Source of the DNA: Candidatus Velthaea sp.
GTDB taxonomy: Bacteria > Vulcanimicrobiota > Vulcanimicrobiia > Vulcanimicrobiales > Vulcanimicrobiaceae
Length of the DNA stretch: 64,000 nt
Direction of reading: 5' to 3'
NCBI GenBank assembly: GCA_050012475.1
Contig: JBEKHC010000004.1
Span: 32,001 to 96,000, forward strand
Part shown: positions 18,789-28,575 of the stretch, in pieces
Layout: each line of letters begins with the position of its first letter
How positions within the stretch are numbered: the first letter of the stretch is position 1
Notes under the pieces: generated by a model
Told to the model about the DNA's origin: nothing
The model's database searches: none
Seen by the model: the letters and a program-made list of their open reading frames with translations, nothing else
Translations under genes and position numbers: made by a program

Positions 18789-19219
18789 CGCACTCCTCCG
18801 GACGGTTCCGGACCGGGGTGCGCCGATTCCAGATCGCCCGGGCTGAACGGTTCGGGCAACAAGGCCGACAGCAGCACCACCCGCAGCGAACCGTCATCGT
18901 CGAAAATCACCTGCATGCCGGCGCCAAACTCGTGCAAGACCTGGCGGCACGCACCACAAGGCATCGTGCGCACGCCGCGCGGGCCCGCGACGGCGATGGC
19001 CTCGAAGTATTGCACCCCTTCGCCCAGCGCACGATACACGGCGATGCGCTCAGCGCACATCGACAGCCCATAGGACGCATTTTCGACGTTTGCGCCGGTG
19101 AAGACTCGGCCATCCGCTCCAACGAGCGCTGCTCCGACGCGAAACTGCGAATACGGCGCGTAGGAACGCTCGCGCGCGGCGAGGGCGGCGGCGAGCAGCT
19201 CAGACGGTTCGAGCGGCAT
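18785..19219 (-). CDS. cdd: Cytidine deaminase
   Basis: YAPYSQFRVGAAL, NVENASYGLSMCAER, PCGACRQ. Confidence 0.95.
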   Translation of the reverse strand: MPLEPSELLAAALAARERSYAPYSQFRVGAALVGADGRVFTGANVENASYGLSMCAERIAVYRALGEGVQYFEAIAVAGPRGVRTMPCGACRQVLHEFGAGMQVIFDDDGSLRVVLLSALLPEPFSPGDLESAHPGPEPSGGVR

Positions 19220-20513
19220 CCTTGACCTCGTCCTCGAAGGCGACGGGCGGATGCGCTTTGCCGTTCGTCAGGACGCGGACGGCGAGGATGCGGCGGCCAC
19301 GCGTTCGATCGACGCGCAGCTTCACGCCCGTGCCGGCTTCGATCTCTTCGCCTTCGCGCGGCAGCCGGCCGAACAGGCCTACGGTGTAGCCGCCGATGGT
19401 CTCGAATTCTTCGTGCGGCAGCTCGATGCCCAACTCGGCGTTGACGTCTTCGATGTTCGTGCCTGCTTCGACGATCGACTCGTCTTCCCCGATGCGCCTG
19501 ATCGCTTCTTCCTCGCCCTCGTCGTGCTCGTCGCGAATCTCGCCGACGATTTCTTCGAGCAGATCCTCCATCGTCACGAGCCCGGCGGTCCCGCCGTACT
19601 CGTCGAGCACGATTGCCAGCGAGAACTTGTTGCGCTGCATCTCGCGCAGCAATTCGGAGATGCGCTTGTTTTCGGGCACGTGCGTGACCGGACGCATGAG
19701 CGAACGCAGCGAGACGCTCGCGATCGCTCCGTTCGACAGCGCGATGAGCAATTCACGATCGTGGACGACGCCGATGACGTTGTCGATCGTTTCGTCGTAA
19801 ATCGGCAGCTTCGAGTAGCCTTCGGCGATCACGAGATCCAGCGCGCGGCGCGGCGACGACGAAACGGCAACCGAGACCATGTCCGGACGCGGCGTCATCA
19901 CCTCGCGCACGATCGTATCGCCGAACTCGATGATCGAATGGATGAGCTCGCGCTCTTCTTCCTCGAGCACATTTTGCTCGACGCCGACGTTGACGAGCGT
20001 CTTGATGTCTTCTTCGGTCACGTACGGCCCAACGTGCGGTTGCCCGCCAAAGAGACGGACAAGCGCGCTGGAGGCTCTGAGAAACGTCCAGGTGAGCGGG
20101 GTCAAGATCCAGGTCGCGATGCGCAGCGGCGGGGCGATGCGCAAAGCCCACTTCTCGCTGTTCCCGACCGCCACGGTCTTGGGGATGATCTCACCAAAGA
20201 CCAGGATGATCACCGTCATGCAGACCGTCGACCAAATCGCGGCGTTGGGAATGTCGGCGCGGATGAACAGGTAGGTCGCGACCGAGTCGGCCGCCAGCAA
20301 AACGAAGGTGCTGCCGATCAAGATGGTCGTGAGCGTCCGGTTCCGATCTTCGAGCAGACGCGCGACCAAATCGGCGTTTTTCACGTGTTTCTCGGCGAGC
20401 GCGCGGATTTTTATCCGGCTGACGGAGACGATCGCCGCTTCCGAAGCCGCAAAAAAAGCGGCAGCTGCCGTCAGCACGATCAGTGCGACGACTTCGGGCG
20501 AAGTAGGATTCAT
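19200..20513 (-). CDS. Hemolysin family CNNM/CBS/CorC-domain membrane protein
   Basis: FFAASEAA, GEIIPK, VREVMTPR, DEYGGTAGLVTMEDLLEEIVGEIRDEHD. Confidence 0.92.
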   Translation of the reverse strand: MNPTSPEVVALIVLTAAAAFFAASEAAIVSVSRIKIRALAEKHVKNADLVARLLEDRNRTLTTILIGSTFVLLAADSVATYLFIRADIPNAAIWSTVCMTVIILVFGEIIPKTVAVGNSEKWALRIAPPLRIATWILTPLTWTFLRASSALVRLFGGQPHVGPYVTEEDIKTLVNVGVEQNVLEEEERELIHSIIEFGDTIVREVMTPRPDMVSVAVSSSPRRALDLVIAEGYSKLPIYDETIDNVIGVVHDRELLIALSNGAIASVSLRSLMRPVTHVPENKRISELLREMQRNKFSLAIVLDEYGGTAGLVTMEDLLEEIVGEIRDEHDEGEEEAIRRIGEDESIVEAGTNIEDVNAELGIELPHEEFETIGGYTVGLFGRLPREGEEIEAGTGVKLRVDRTRGRRILAVRVLTNGKAHPPVAFEDEVKDAARTV

Positions 20514-20604
20514 TGGATCGCCGGCGGCGCCTCGCAGTGAAACGGCGGAGGCGTCCACGGCCTTGCAGAGGCCGCAGGTAGTGGGTCAGTGCTCAAGCCG
20601 GGCC

Positions 20605-20613
20605 ATTATAGCA
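20605..20613 (-). promoter_or_regulatory. Extended -10 element for downstream genes
   Basis: TGCTATAAT on the minus strand overlapping the dgkA stop. Confidence 0.45.
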
Positions 20614-21421
20614 CAACCGGCAACGCCATCACGGTCCAAATACCATAACTTACCCCTGCGCCCAGCAAACCGCCCCAAAACACCTCGCGCGCCGAGTGAA
20701 TCCCCGACTCGACGCGGCTCTGGGTGACGAGAATGGCCAGGAACAGCGCCAGGCTGGCGAGCAGAGCGCTGCGTGAAAGCAGCGCGATGAACGTCGCGGC
20801 GGCAAAGGCGAGGGCCGCATGGCCCGATACCGCTCCGCCTTGTAGGGCCGAGCCGTGACCGATCCGGGCTTTGACCACGATCGTCACGATGCCGACGATC
20901 ACGAGCGCGATGAAGACCGCATTCGCCGGCAGCGCCAGAACGGCGCGATAGACGCGGTCGCCGCCCGCGAGGATGCCTTCGTAAAATGTAAGATAACCTA
21001 CCACGACCGCCGCGAACGCCACCACCAGCACGGCTCCGGCCGCCGCGTCTTTCGCAACTTTAGCAAGCGGATGGCTGAGTTCGATCATGAGGTCGATGAT
21101 GGCTTCGACCGCCGTATTGACCAGCTCGAAGGCGAGCACGACCGCGACCATGATGACGATGCCGATCACATAGGGCCGTTGCAGCCGCAAATACAGCGTG
21201 GCCGCAAGCACCAGCGCCGCCGCGATCCAGTGGATGCGCATGTTCAGCTGCGTCCGCGTGGCGTAGATGATGCCCTCAAAGGCATAGTGAAACGCCCGCA
21301 GCACGGGATTTTCGGCGACGAGCTTGACGCGCGGGAGCGCGCGAACTAAACGCGGATCTCGGATGACCGTCCTCCGCCGGTGACAACCGGCATACGAGCA
21401 TATCTTCGGCACCGCGGGCAA
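20606..21421 (-). CDS. dgkA: Diacylglycerol/undecaprenol kinase fused to PAP2-like domain
   Basis: FHYAFEGI, ELVNTAVE, AKDAAAGAV, then SGHAA and SRVESGIH; true start probably near 21364. Confidence 0.85.
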   Translation of the reverse strand: MPAVPKICSYAGCHRRRTVIRDPRLVRALPRVKLVAENPVLRAFHYAFEGIIYATRTQLNMRIHWIAAALVLAATLYLRLQRPYVIGIVIMVAVVLAFELVNTAVEAIIDLMIELSHPLAKVAKDAAAGAVLVVAFAAVVVGYLTFYEGILAGGDRVYRAVLALPANAVFIALVIVGIVTIVVKARIGHGSALQGGAVSGHAALAFAAATFIALLSRSALLASLALFLAILVTQSRVESGIHSAREVFWGGLLGAGVSYGIWTVMALPVVL

Positions 21422-21470
21422 GGGTGCTTGCTTGCCGCACCCGCCAAGCTCGCGGCTCTGGCGTGCATCG

Positions 21471-22961
21471 CTACCCCAGGTCGGCGGGCGTCAATGGCCG
21501 GGAGCCTTTCCAAGCCCGCAAGTAGGCGTCGCGAGCCGGGGCGCTGTCCTTGCCCTGGGCCCGGAGCGCCTCGGCAAGGCCGAACTCGAGCCGCGGATCG
21601 TTGGGGTAGCGCTCGAGTTCCGCCCGGAAGACGTGCTCTGCTTCGCTGTCGGCGCGGCTCTCCAGCAGTGTCGCGCCCAGCCCTTCACCGGGCGGAATCC
21701 ACCAATGGCCCTTGGGGTCGCCCAGAAATGAGCCCTGGGCTGCAAGCGCCTTGCGGTAGGCGGCAATCGCGGCACCGTCGTCGTGCGCAGCCCGCGCCAC
21801 GGCGGCCGTCATCAGCTCGACGTCCGTTTCGCCGGCTTGTTGGCGCAAGCCGGCAAGATCTTTGCGGGCGGCGTCCAGATCGCCCATGCGCGCCTCGGCG
21901 ATAACGCGCAGCGGCGTGATCGCGGCGCCCAAAAGGGCGAGCACGCCGCGGTCGTCGTGCTCGCGCAACGCGACGATCTCGCGAAAATACGCCGATTCGT
22001 TGTCCGCAAACGCGCGCGCCTGGGCGTCCATTCCCAGCGTCGTCAGACCGTACAGCACGAAGTCCACGTTGTGATCGTGGTAGCCGCGCATGTATGCTTG
22101 GCCGTCGGCGTCGCCTTGCGCAAAGTACGCCGCGTCGTTCGCGCACGCTCGCTCGTTGACGGCAACCATCTGCGCGTAGTCGCCCAGCCGGTCGTAAATG
22201 TGCCCGGCCATGTGTTCGAGGTGGGATTCGCCCGGATCGTAACTGCGCGCTGCGAGAAAATCGGCGTCGGGCAGTGCGCGTTCGGGACGGTCCGCTTGTT
22301 CCCAAAAATGGATGCGTAAGTGCCGCGCACCGACATCGCGGGGATCGAGCTCCAACGCGTGGTTCAAGTCGTCAACGATCGTTTGCGCGTCCGCTGTGAG
22401 CAAATCGTCGTCGGTCGTCAGCCGTCCGGTGGCGTTCCAGCCGGCAAATGCAGCCAGGGTTGCCCCCATCGCGTCGGCCGGATGCGTTTGCGAATAGCTT
22501 TGCATTGCCGCGAAGAACGCTTTCGAGCGATCGCTTTCGGGACGTTTGAGATCGAAACGCGCCGCGGCCGCCTCGAAGAGCGCGCGATCGTCAGCCGGGG
22601 CCGTCGCCGCGGCGCTGCGCCCGCGCTGGATCGCCGCTGCGCCGCGGCGCTCTCCATCGGGCGTCGTCGGCCGGTTGATGTCGATCGTTTCGGCGACCGC
22701 CTCGCCGAAGTAGGCCAGGGTCGCATGGGGATCGGCGGATTCCGCGGCGCGAAACGCCAGCCGGGCCTCGCCGGCGTTGAAGGCATATAGCATGAGCAAC
22801 CCGCGGTCGAACGCCGTTTGCGCTGCGGGGACCGCCGTCGCGATCGTTCGGTGCGCCGCAGCCCGCGTTGGTTCCGTCACCGATGGCGATGGCGATGGCG
22901 GGGCAGCAGCGGCACAGACGGACAGCATCAGGCCGACTGCCACGCGCTTCAGTACGGCCAC
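21471..22961 (-). CDS. Exported TPR-like helical protein
   Basis: Signal-like N-terminus; FDRGLLMLYAFN, HLRIHFWE, HLEHMAGHIY motifs. Confidence 0.75.
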   Translation of the reverse strand: MAVLKRVAVGLMLSVCAAAAPPSPSPSVTEPTRAAAHRTIATAVPAAQTAFDRGLLMLYAFNAGEARLAFRAAESADPHATLAYFGEAVAETIDINRPTTPDGERRGAAAIQRGRSAAATAPADDRALFEAAAARFDLKRPESDRSKAFFAAMQSYSQTHPADAMGATLAAFAGWNATGRLTTDDDLLTADAQTIVDDLNHALELDPRDVGARHLRIHFWEQADRPERALPDADFLAARSYDPGESHLEHMAGHIYDRLGDYAQMVAVNERACANDAAYFAQGDADGQAYMRGYHDHNVDFVLYGLTTLGMDAQARAFADNESAYFREIVALREHDDRGVLALLGAAITPLRVIAEARMGDLDAARKDLAGLRQQAGETDVELMTAAVARAAHDDGAAIAAYRKALAAQGSFLGDPKGHWWIPPGEGLGATLLESRADSEAEHVFRAELERYPNDPRLEFGLAEALRAQGKDSAPARDAYLRAWKGSRPLTPADLG

Positions 22962-23398
22962 GGCATGCCGATCGCCTCGGCCAGGCGGCGCTCCTCGGCT
23001 TCCATCGCCGCCCGTTCCGCCGGTTCGAGATGATCGTGGCCCAGCAGGTGCAGAACGCCGTGAATGAGCAGACGCTGCACTTCGTTATCGAGCGGCGCGT
23101 CGTAGTCGGCCGCCTGTCGCCGCGCCGTATCCACGCTGATCACGATGTCGCCCAGCAGCCGTTCCGCCCCCGCGTACGCGTTGCCGGGTTCGACGAGCGG
23201 AAAGCTCAAGACGTCGGTGGGCTTGTCCAGTCCGCGAAAGGCGCGGTTGAGTTCGCGGATCTTCGGGTCGCGCACGAACGAGATCGAGACGCTTGACTCG
23301 CGCTCGTTCAGCGCCGCGAGCAGTGCGCCGGCGGTTCGTTCGATCGCGCGAAAATCCAGCCCGCTCTTACGCGTCGCGTTGGACAGATAGACGGGCAT
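22949..23398 (-). CDS. ybeY: rRNA maturation endoribonuclease YbeY
   Basis: LNRAFRG..PTDVLSF, LGDIVIS, IHGVLHLLGHDH. Confidence 0.95.
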   Translation of the reverse strand: MPVYLSNATRKSGLDFRAIERTAGALLAALNERESSVSISFVRDPKIRELNRAFRGLDKPTDVLSFPLVEPGNAYAGAERLLGDIVISVDTARRQAADYDAPLDNEVQRLLIHGVLHLLGHDHLEPAERAAMEAEERRLAEAIGMPWPY

Positions 23399-24323
23399 AC
23401 GCGCCGACGATTTTGCCGACCAGCGGGTGACGGACGACATCGGTCTCGTCCAGATAGGTGATCCCGATGTCGTCGATCCCGCTGAACAGCCGCTCGACGT
23501 CGAGCAGACCGCTCGCGGCACCGCGCGGCAGATCGACTTGCGTAATGTCGCCGGTGACGATCATTTTGGCATTCTGGCCCAGCCGCGTGAGAAACATCTT
23601 GAGCTGCTCGCGCGTGACGTTCTGCGCTTCGTCCAAAATAATGTACGCGTCGGAGAGCGTGCGGCCACGCATGTAGGCCAGCGGCGCGACCTCGATCGTG
23701 CCCCGCTCGAGATACTTCGCCACGGTGCCGTCTTCCATGAGTTCGCCCAAGGCATCGTAGAGCGGACGCAGATACGGATCCACTTTTTCTTTCAGATCGC
23801 CGGGAAGGAACCCCAGCTTCTCGCCCGCCTCGATCGCCGGCCGGGACAGCACCAAGCGCGAAACGTCGCGGTTCTTGAGCGCCCGCACCGCCATCACGAT
23901 CGCCAAGAACGTTTTGCCCGTGCCGGCCGGACCGATCCCGAACGAGAGCGTATTGCGCTCGATGGCAGCGACGAAGGCCCGTTGCCCGGTGGTCTTCGGG
24001 CGAATCTCCTTGCCGCGGTTCGACACGAAGAGCGTTGGCGGAATGCCGCGGAAGGCTTCGCTCGCTCGTGCGGCAAGGGCCACGTCGTCGGGGGTGATCT
24101 GGGCGCCCGAGCAGGCCGCCCGGAGCATCGCGGCCAACACGTGTCCGGCCCGGTCGACGGCCGCGCGCTCACCGCTGACCCGGAGCTCCTCCCCGTCCAT
24201 CCGGACGACGACGGGGATCAAGGCCTCCAGCGCACTCAGATTCTGATCGTGCTGACCGCAAAAGCGCAGCGGATCGCTCAGCCCATCGAGGCGGAAAGTG
24301 GTTTCGGTGGTCAGCGCGGCCAG
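23367..24323 (-). CDS. phoH: PhoH family ATPase (probable CTG start)
   Basis: GPAGTGKT, LGFLPGD, YMRGRTL, LDEAQN; conserved GQHDQNL lies upstream of the listed TTG. Confidence 0.93.
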   Translation of the reverse strand: MAALTTETTFRLDGLSDPLRFCGQHDQNLSALEALIPVVVRMDGEELRVSGERAAVDRAGHVLAAMLRAACSGAQITPDDVALAARASEAFRGIPPTLFVSNRGKEIRPKTTGQRAFVAAIERNTLSFGIGPAGTGKTFLAIVMAVRALKNRDVSRLVLSRPAIEAGEKLGFLPGDLKEKVDPYLRPLYDALGELMEDGTVAKYLERGTIEVAPLAYMRGRTLSDAYIILDEAQNVTREQLKMFLTRLGQNAKMIVTGDITQVDLPRGAASGLLDVERLFSGIDDIGITYLDETDVVRHPLVGKIVGAYARLSVQRDA

Positions 24324-24420
24324 ATGATTCTCCTTTGCCCTCTATAACGCACGTCCGCGCCGCGCAGTGTCAAACCGCGTGACGCACGAGCGCACGTTTT
24401 GTTCCGTCGCGTCCGCGGAG

Positions 24421-24888
24421 TTAGCGCTCCCCGTGCAGGTTGAGCGCGACCAAACCCGCGGACGGGCCGCGCAAGGCGACGGGCGGCGAAAGAACTTCGG
24501 CCACGACGAACGCCGCAACGAGTGCCTGCGGACCGGAAAACAAGGCGGTGATGCGGCCCGCTTCGGGCGCTTGAAATGCCGCTGCCGCCGGCCGCCGCGA
24601 CGCGGCGGGCCCGCCGGGACCGCTCGCGGCCGGTGGTAGCGGTGCAGGGGGCGGCGGTGCGGGGGCCCGCGGCGGTGCGGGCACCGGCGCAGCGGCCGCG
24701 CGCGCCGCGCCGCCCGGCTCCCGCGGTGGCGGCACGTTCGGCGGCGCGACGCGTTCGGTGAGTGCGTCACGCAACGCGCGGCCCAGCTGGCCGGACGGAC
24801 TGCGCACAGCCGCGGGATTTTCCGCGGACCCCTTGCGGTTGCTCAGCGCGTCGAAGATCGCGGCGATGAACGCCATCAGATCGTCCAT
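24421..24888 (-). CDS. Proline-rich hypothetical protein (YqfB-like position)
   Basis: Directly after floA; C-terminal AFVVAEVLSPPVALR. Confidence 0.6.
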   Translation of the reverse strand: MDDLMAFIAAIFDALSNRKGSAENPAAVRSPSGQLGRALRDALTERVAPPNVPPPREPGGAARAAAAPVPAPPRAPAPPPPAPLPPAASGPGGPAASRRPAAAAFQAPEAGRITALFSGPQALVAAFVVAEVLSPPVALRGPSAGLVALNLHGER

Positions 24889-24891
24889 CGG

Positions 24892-25890
24892 TCAGCGTTG
24901 CGGCGGCGGCTGCTGCGTGGGATCGGGCGGCGTGATGCCGGTGCCGATCGCGCCGCGCATTTCGGTATCAGCTTTGATGTTGTTGAGCTTGTAGTAATCC
25001 ATGACGCCCAGGTTGCCGCTGCGAAACGCCTCGGCGATCGCCTGCGGAATGCTGGCCTCCGCCTCGACGACTTTGGCCCGCATCCGCTGCGTTTCGGCCT
25101 TTTGTTCCTGCTCGGCGGCCTGCGCAGCATATTGGCGTTCGGCGGCCTTGGCTTGGGCGATGCGGCGGTCGGCTTCAGCTTGGGAGGTTTGGAGTTCGGC
25201 GCCGATATTTTTGCCGACGTCGACGTCGGCGATATCGATCGACACGATCTCGAACGCCGTCCCGGCATCGAGTCCCTTCGAGAGCACGGCTTTCGAGATG
25301 CGGTCCGGGTACTCGAGCACTTCTTTGTGATCGACCGCCGCACCGACCGCGGAAACGACGCCTTCACCGACCCGCGCGACGATCGTCGGTTCGCCCGCGC
25401 CGCCCACATAGCGTTCGAGGTTGGAGCGCACGGTGATACGCGCTTTGACGTTGAGCTGAATGCCGTTCTGCGCGACGCCTTGAAAGATCGGTGTTTCGAT
25501 CACCCGCGGGTTGACCGACGTCTGCAGCGCTTCGAGCACGTTGCGGCCGGCGAGATCGATCGCGGCAGCGCGCTGCCACTCCAGCGGAATCTGGGCGCGC
25601 TGCGCGGCGATCATGGCCAGCGTTACGTTCTCGACGTTGCCGCCGGCAAGGATGTGCGATTGCAGCTGGTCGACCGTAATCTCCAGCCCCGCTTTGCGCG
25701 AGCGCACCAGGTTCGAAACGATGACGCCCGCCGGAACGCCGATGAGCCGCATGCGGATGAGCGAGCCGATCGACAGCGGAACGCCCGCGGCGATCGTTCG
25801 GATCCACAGTCCAAGCGGAAAATAATAGAGAAACAGCCCCGCGCCCAGGACGAGGGCCAAAACGACGATGCTAAAGACGATGCCGGTAAT
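24892..25890 (-). CDS. floA: Flotillin-like protein FloA (possible ATT start)
   Basis: [51 protein letters not shown]. Confidence 0.93.
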   Translation of the reverse strand: MTGIVFSIVVLALVLGAGLFLYYFPLGLWIRTIAAGVPLSIGSLIRMRLIGVPAGVIVSNLVRSRKAGLEITVDQLQSHILAGGNVENVTLAMIAAQRAQIPLEWQRAAAIDLAGRNVLEALQTSVNPRVIETPIFQGVAQNGIQLNVKARITVRSNLERYVGGAGEPTIVARVGEGVVSAVGAAVDHKEVLEYPDRISKAVLSKGLDAGTAFEIVSIDIADVDVGKNIGAELQTSQAEADRRIAQAKAAERQYAAQAAEQEQKAETQRMRAKVVEAEASIPQAIAEAFRSGNLGVMDYYKLNNIKADTEMRGAIGTGITPPDPTQQPPPQR

Positions 25891-25920
25891 GGGAACTCCG
25901 CTCGTAAGCAGCTGATGGGA

Positions 25921-27234
25921 TCAGGGGGTATTCGGGCAGACGAAGATGCGCGCCCCTTCCACCCGGGTAACGCGTACGGCGGTTCCGGCCGTCACGAACT
26001 CACCTTCGGTGAGAACGTCGACCCGTTGACCGTCGATGGTGGCCACGCCGGCCGGACGCAGGTACGACGACGCAATGCCCGTGCGCCCGAGCAAGGCACG
26101 ATGATCGGCGCTCGCTACGTAGTCCGGACCTTGCACGCCCGCGAACGCCAAGCGGGCGACGAACGCGTTCTGCGGATACACGCGCGCCGCCAGCGCGAAA
26201 AAGATTACGCTGAGAACGATCGCCGTCGAGATCGCTTGGGCCGCGACGAAAACGAAAGCAAAACCGAACGACAAGACGATCGACGCGGCCAGAGCCACGA
26301 GCCCGAGCGTTCCCGCCAGGCCGTGACCGGGCAGCACGTGCAGCTCGAAGAGGATGCCCAGTACGCCGAACAAACCCAGCGCGACAACGAACGCGTTGGA
26401 GAACCCAGCGTAGACATGGGTGCCGAAAAACAGCACGAGCGCCGCGATGCCGACCGTCCCGGCGACGCCGTGCAGCGTCTGCATCTCGATGAGCAAGCCC
26501 AGAAAGCCGATCGACAACAGCAGTCCGCTGACTTCGGGATTGGTGGCGAAGCGGGCCAGCTCTTCGCCCCAGCTATAGCTCGCGTGCTCGACGGTCGCTC
26601 CGCGCAAGCCGAAGCTGGTCAGCGCGTCGCCCATCGTCGGTTCGACGGCATCGACGAAGTGCGCGCGCGTCGCTTCGTCCGCCGTCAACGTGAGAATCGC
26701 GCCCGGCGCCTTGTACGGCGGCGCATCGAGCGTGGCATCGACCATCGCTCCGGCGATGCGCGGATCGCGATGCGCGCGCGCCGCGGTCGATTCGAATTCG
26801 CTGCGCAGCGCCGACACGGTTTTCACGGACTTGGGGATCGGCTCGGCGGCACCGATGCTCGAACCCGGTGCCATCGCGATTTTGGCCGCCGCGAGCGTGA
26901 CGAGCGCACTGGCGGACCACGCACGTTGCGAAACGTAGGCGTAGACCGGGATCGGCGAGCCGATGAGCGCGTCGCGCATTTCGGTCCCCGCCGAAACCAA
27001 ACCGCCGAAGCTGTTGACGTCCAACACGATCGCCCGCGCGTGCCCAATCGTGGCCTCGCGCACGGCGCGTTCGACCATGTGCGCCATGCCTTCGTCGATG
27101 GTTCCGGCGATCGGCACGACCTCGACGGACGCTGGGGGCGCGCTCCCGGCAGGGCTCGTCCGGGCAAACGCCGGCACGAGCCCGGCGAGCAGTCCCCACG
27201 CGAGCAGCGTGCCGAAAACCCAACGCCGGATCAC
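25921..27234 (-). CDS. nfeD: NfeD family membrane-bound protease (YqeZ-like)
   Basis: LDVNSFGG, AWSASALV, MAPGSSIGAA, LRPAG..DVLTEGEF. Confidence 0.9.
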   Translation of the reverse strand: MIRRWVFGTLLAWGLLAGLVPAFARTSPAGSAPPASVEVVPIAGTIDEGMAHMVERAVREATIGHARAIVLDVNSFGGLVSAGTEMRDALIGSPIPVYAYVSQRAWSASALVTLAAAKIAMAPGSSIGAAEPIPKSVKTVSALRSEFESTAARAHRDPRIAGAMVDATLDAPPYKAPGAILTLTADEATRAHFVDAVEPTMGDALTSFGLRGATVEHASYSWGEELARFATNPEVSGLLLSIGFLGLLIEMQTLHGVAGTVGIAALVLFFGTHVYAGFSNAFVVALGLFGVLGILFELHVLPGHGLAGTLGLVALAASIVLSFGFAFVFVAAQAISTAIVLSVIFFALAARVYPQNAFVARLAFAGVQGPDYVASADHRALLGRTGIASSYLRPAGVATIDGQRVDVLTEGEFVTAGTAVRVTRVEGARIFVCPNTP

Positions 27235-27265
27235 GCGCGTATGTACCGCGGCGCGGAGGCGAAGG

Positions 27266-27724
27266 TTACGAACCGGCGGCAGCCGGTTTGAGTTCCTCGG
27301 TGACGACCGCACGAACGATGTTGCCGTCTGCAGCGCCCTTGAGTTGGGGCATGACCAGCTTCATCACCGTACCGGCGTTCCGGCCGTCGGCTGGGATACC
27401 GGCGATGATCTCACGCACGATCGTGCGGATCTCGTCGGCCGACTTCTGCGCGGGTAAATAGCCGGCCAGAATATCACGCTCCGCCGTTTCTTTGGCGACG
27501 AGTTCGGCCCGGCCGGCCTTGCCATACTCGCCGATCGAATCGTTGCGCTGCTTGACTTGCTTTTGCACCACGGCGATCTGCTCGGCATCCGAAAGATCGT
27601 GCCCGGCCTCGACGCGGCGATACGTAAAGGCCGACAAGACCGAACGCAGCGTATCGAGCCGCACTTGATCGCGAGCCTTCATCGCGCTTTTGAGATCGGT
27701 CGAGATCTGGTCCTTGATGCTCAT
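27266..27724 (-). CDS. yqeY: GatB/YqeY domain protein
   Basis: DLKSAMKARD, KQRNDSI..YGKAGR, YLPAQ. Confidence 0.92.
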   Translation of the reverse strand: MSIKDQISTDLKSAMKARDQVRLDTLRSVLSAFTYRRVEAGHDLSDAEQIAVVQKQVKQRNDSIGEYGKAGRAELVAKETAERDILAGYLPAQKSADEIRTIVREIIAGIPADGRNAGTVMKLVMPQLKGAADGNIVRAVVTEELKPAAAGS

Positions 27725-27798
27725 GGATGCTATCACTTCTCTTTCGCGCGGGCGCTTGGCCTGGCGGATTGCGCGCCGCGCTATCAGGCGGGCAGCTG

Positions 27799-27828
27799 AA
27801 AAAAACGCTTCGCCGGCTGGGCGAAGCG
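27799..27828 (-). terminator. Intrinsic terminator after rpsU
   Basis: CGCTTCGCC-cagcc-GGCGAAGCG followed by a T run on the minus strand. Confidence 0.8.
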
Positions 27829-27853
27829 CTCGAATCGTGCCTGGCGGCGAGCG

Positions 27854-28024
27854 TTAGGCTCGCCGCTTGCGGGCGGCGGCGGATTTTTTCTTCCGGCGGA
27901 CGCTTGGTTTCTCGTAGTGCTCGTGCTTCCGCGCTTCGGCCAAGACGCCGGCCTTTTGCGTCGCTTTCTTAAAACGCCGCAGTGCGCTCTCGATCGTCTC
28001 GCCCGGTGCAACTCGTACTTCCAC
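27854..28024 (-). CDS. rpsU: 30S ribosomal protein S21
   Basis: [36 protein letters not shown] upstream. Confidence 0.97.
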   Translation of the reverse strand: MEVRVAPGETIESALRRFKKATQKAGVLAEARKHEHYEKPSVRRKKKSAAARKRRA

Positions 28025-28206
28025 GAACAACCCTCCCTTCGTCCGGCACCCGTGCGCCGTCAATGGCCCAGCGCCGAAAGCGCGGGCCCAACTCCGGACG
28101 TTACCACAGAACGCTCACCCTGGTCAACATACCCGCCCCTGGCAAGGTGGTCTTACCCCAGACGTTACGATGGCGTCCCGGTTCGCGACGCGGCGCTCGG
28201 CCGCGA

Positions 28207-28575
28207 TCAGCCCGGCGGCCAGTTCATCCGGCGGCCCGCGAGCACGTGCAGGTGGAGGTGGAAGACGGTCTGGCCGCCGTCGCGGCCCTCGTTGATCACG
28301 ACCCGATAGCCCCGTTCGCCGAAGCGCGAACCCAGATCGGAGGCCGCCGCGAGCAGCTGGGCGCAATCCGCGGGCTCGGCCCGCGCGACGAACTCGGTGA
28401 AGTTGGTGACGTGGAACGTCGGCACGACCAAAAGATGCGTCGGCGCTTTCGGATTGAGGTCGCGAAACGCCACGACGCGGTCGGTGCGCAAAACTTCGTC
28501 AGCTGGCAGCTCGCGCCGCACGATCTTACAGAACAGGCAGCGCGGGTCGTCGCCCGGATCGCCGCGGCCGGTCAA
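28207..28575 (-). CDS. HIT family nucleotide-binding protein, copy 2
   Basis: CLFCKIV, GQTVFHLHLHV, WPPG; TTGA overlap with copy 1. Confidence 0.9.
   Translation of the reverse strand: MTGRGDPGDDPRCLFCKIVRRELPADEVLRTDRVVAFRDLNPKAPTHLLVVPTFHVTNFTEFVARAEPADCAQLLAAASDLGSRFGERGYRVVINEGRDGGQTVFHLHLHVLAGRRMNWPPG

Noticed and set aside
25860..25923. Selenocysteine or programmed readthrough fusing NfeD and FloA
   Set aside because: Shared frame has a one-in-three chance, no SECIS-like hairpin recognised, and an SD plus ATT explains floA
24898..27291. 797-aa plus-strand ORF and similar long antisense ORFs (e.g. 39023-40630, 54817-56442)
   Set aside because: Shadow frames of well-supported opposite-strand genes, expected in high-GC DNA
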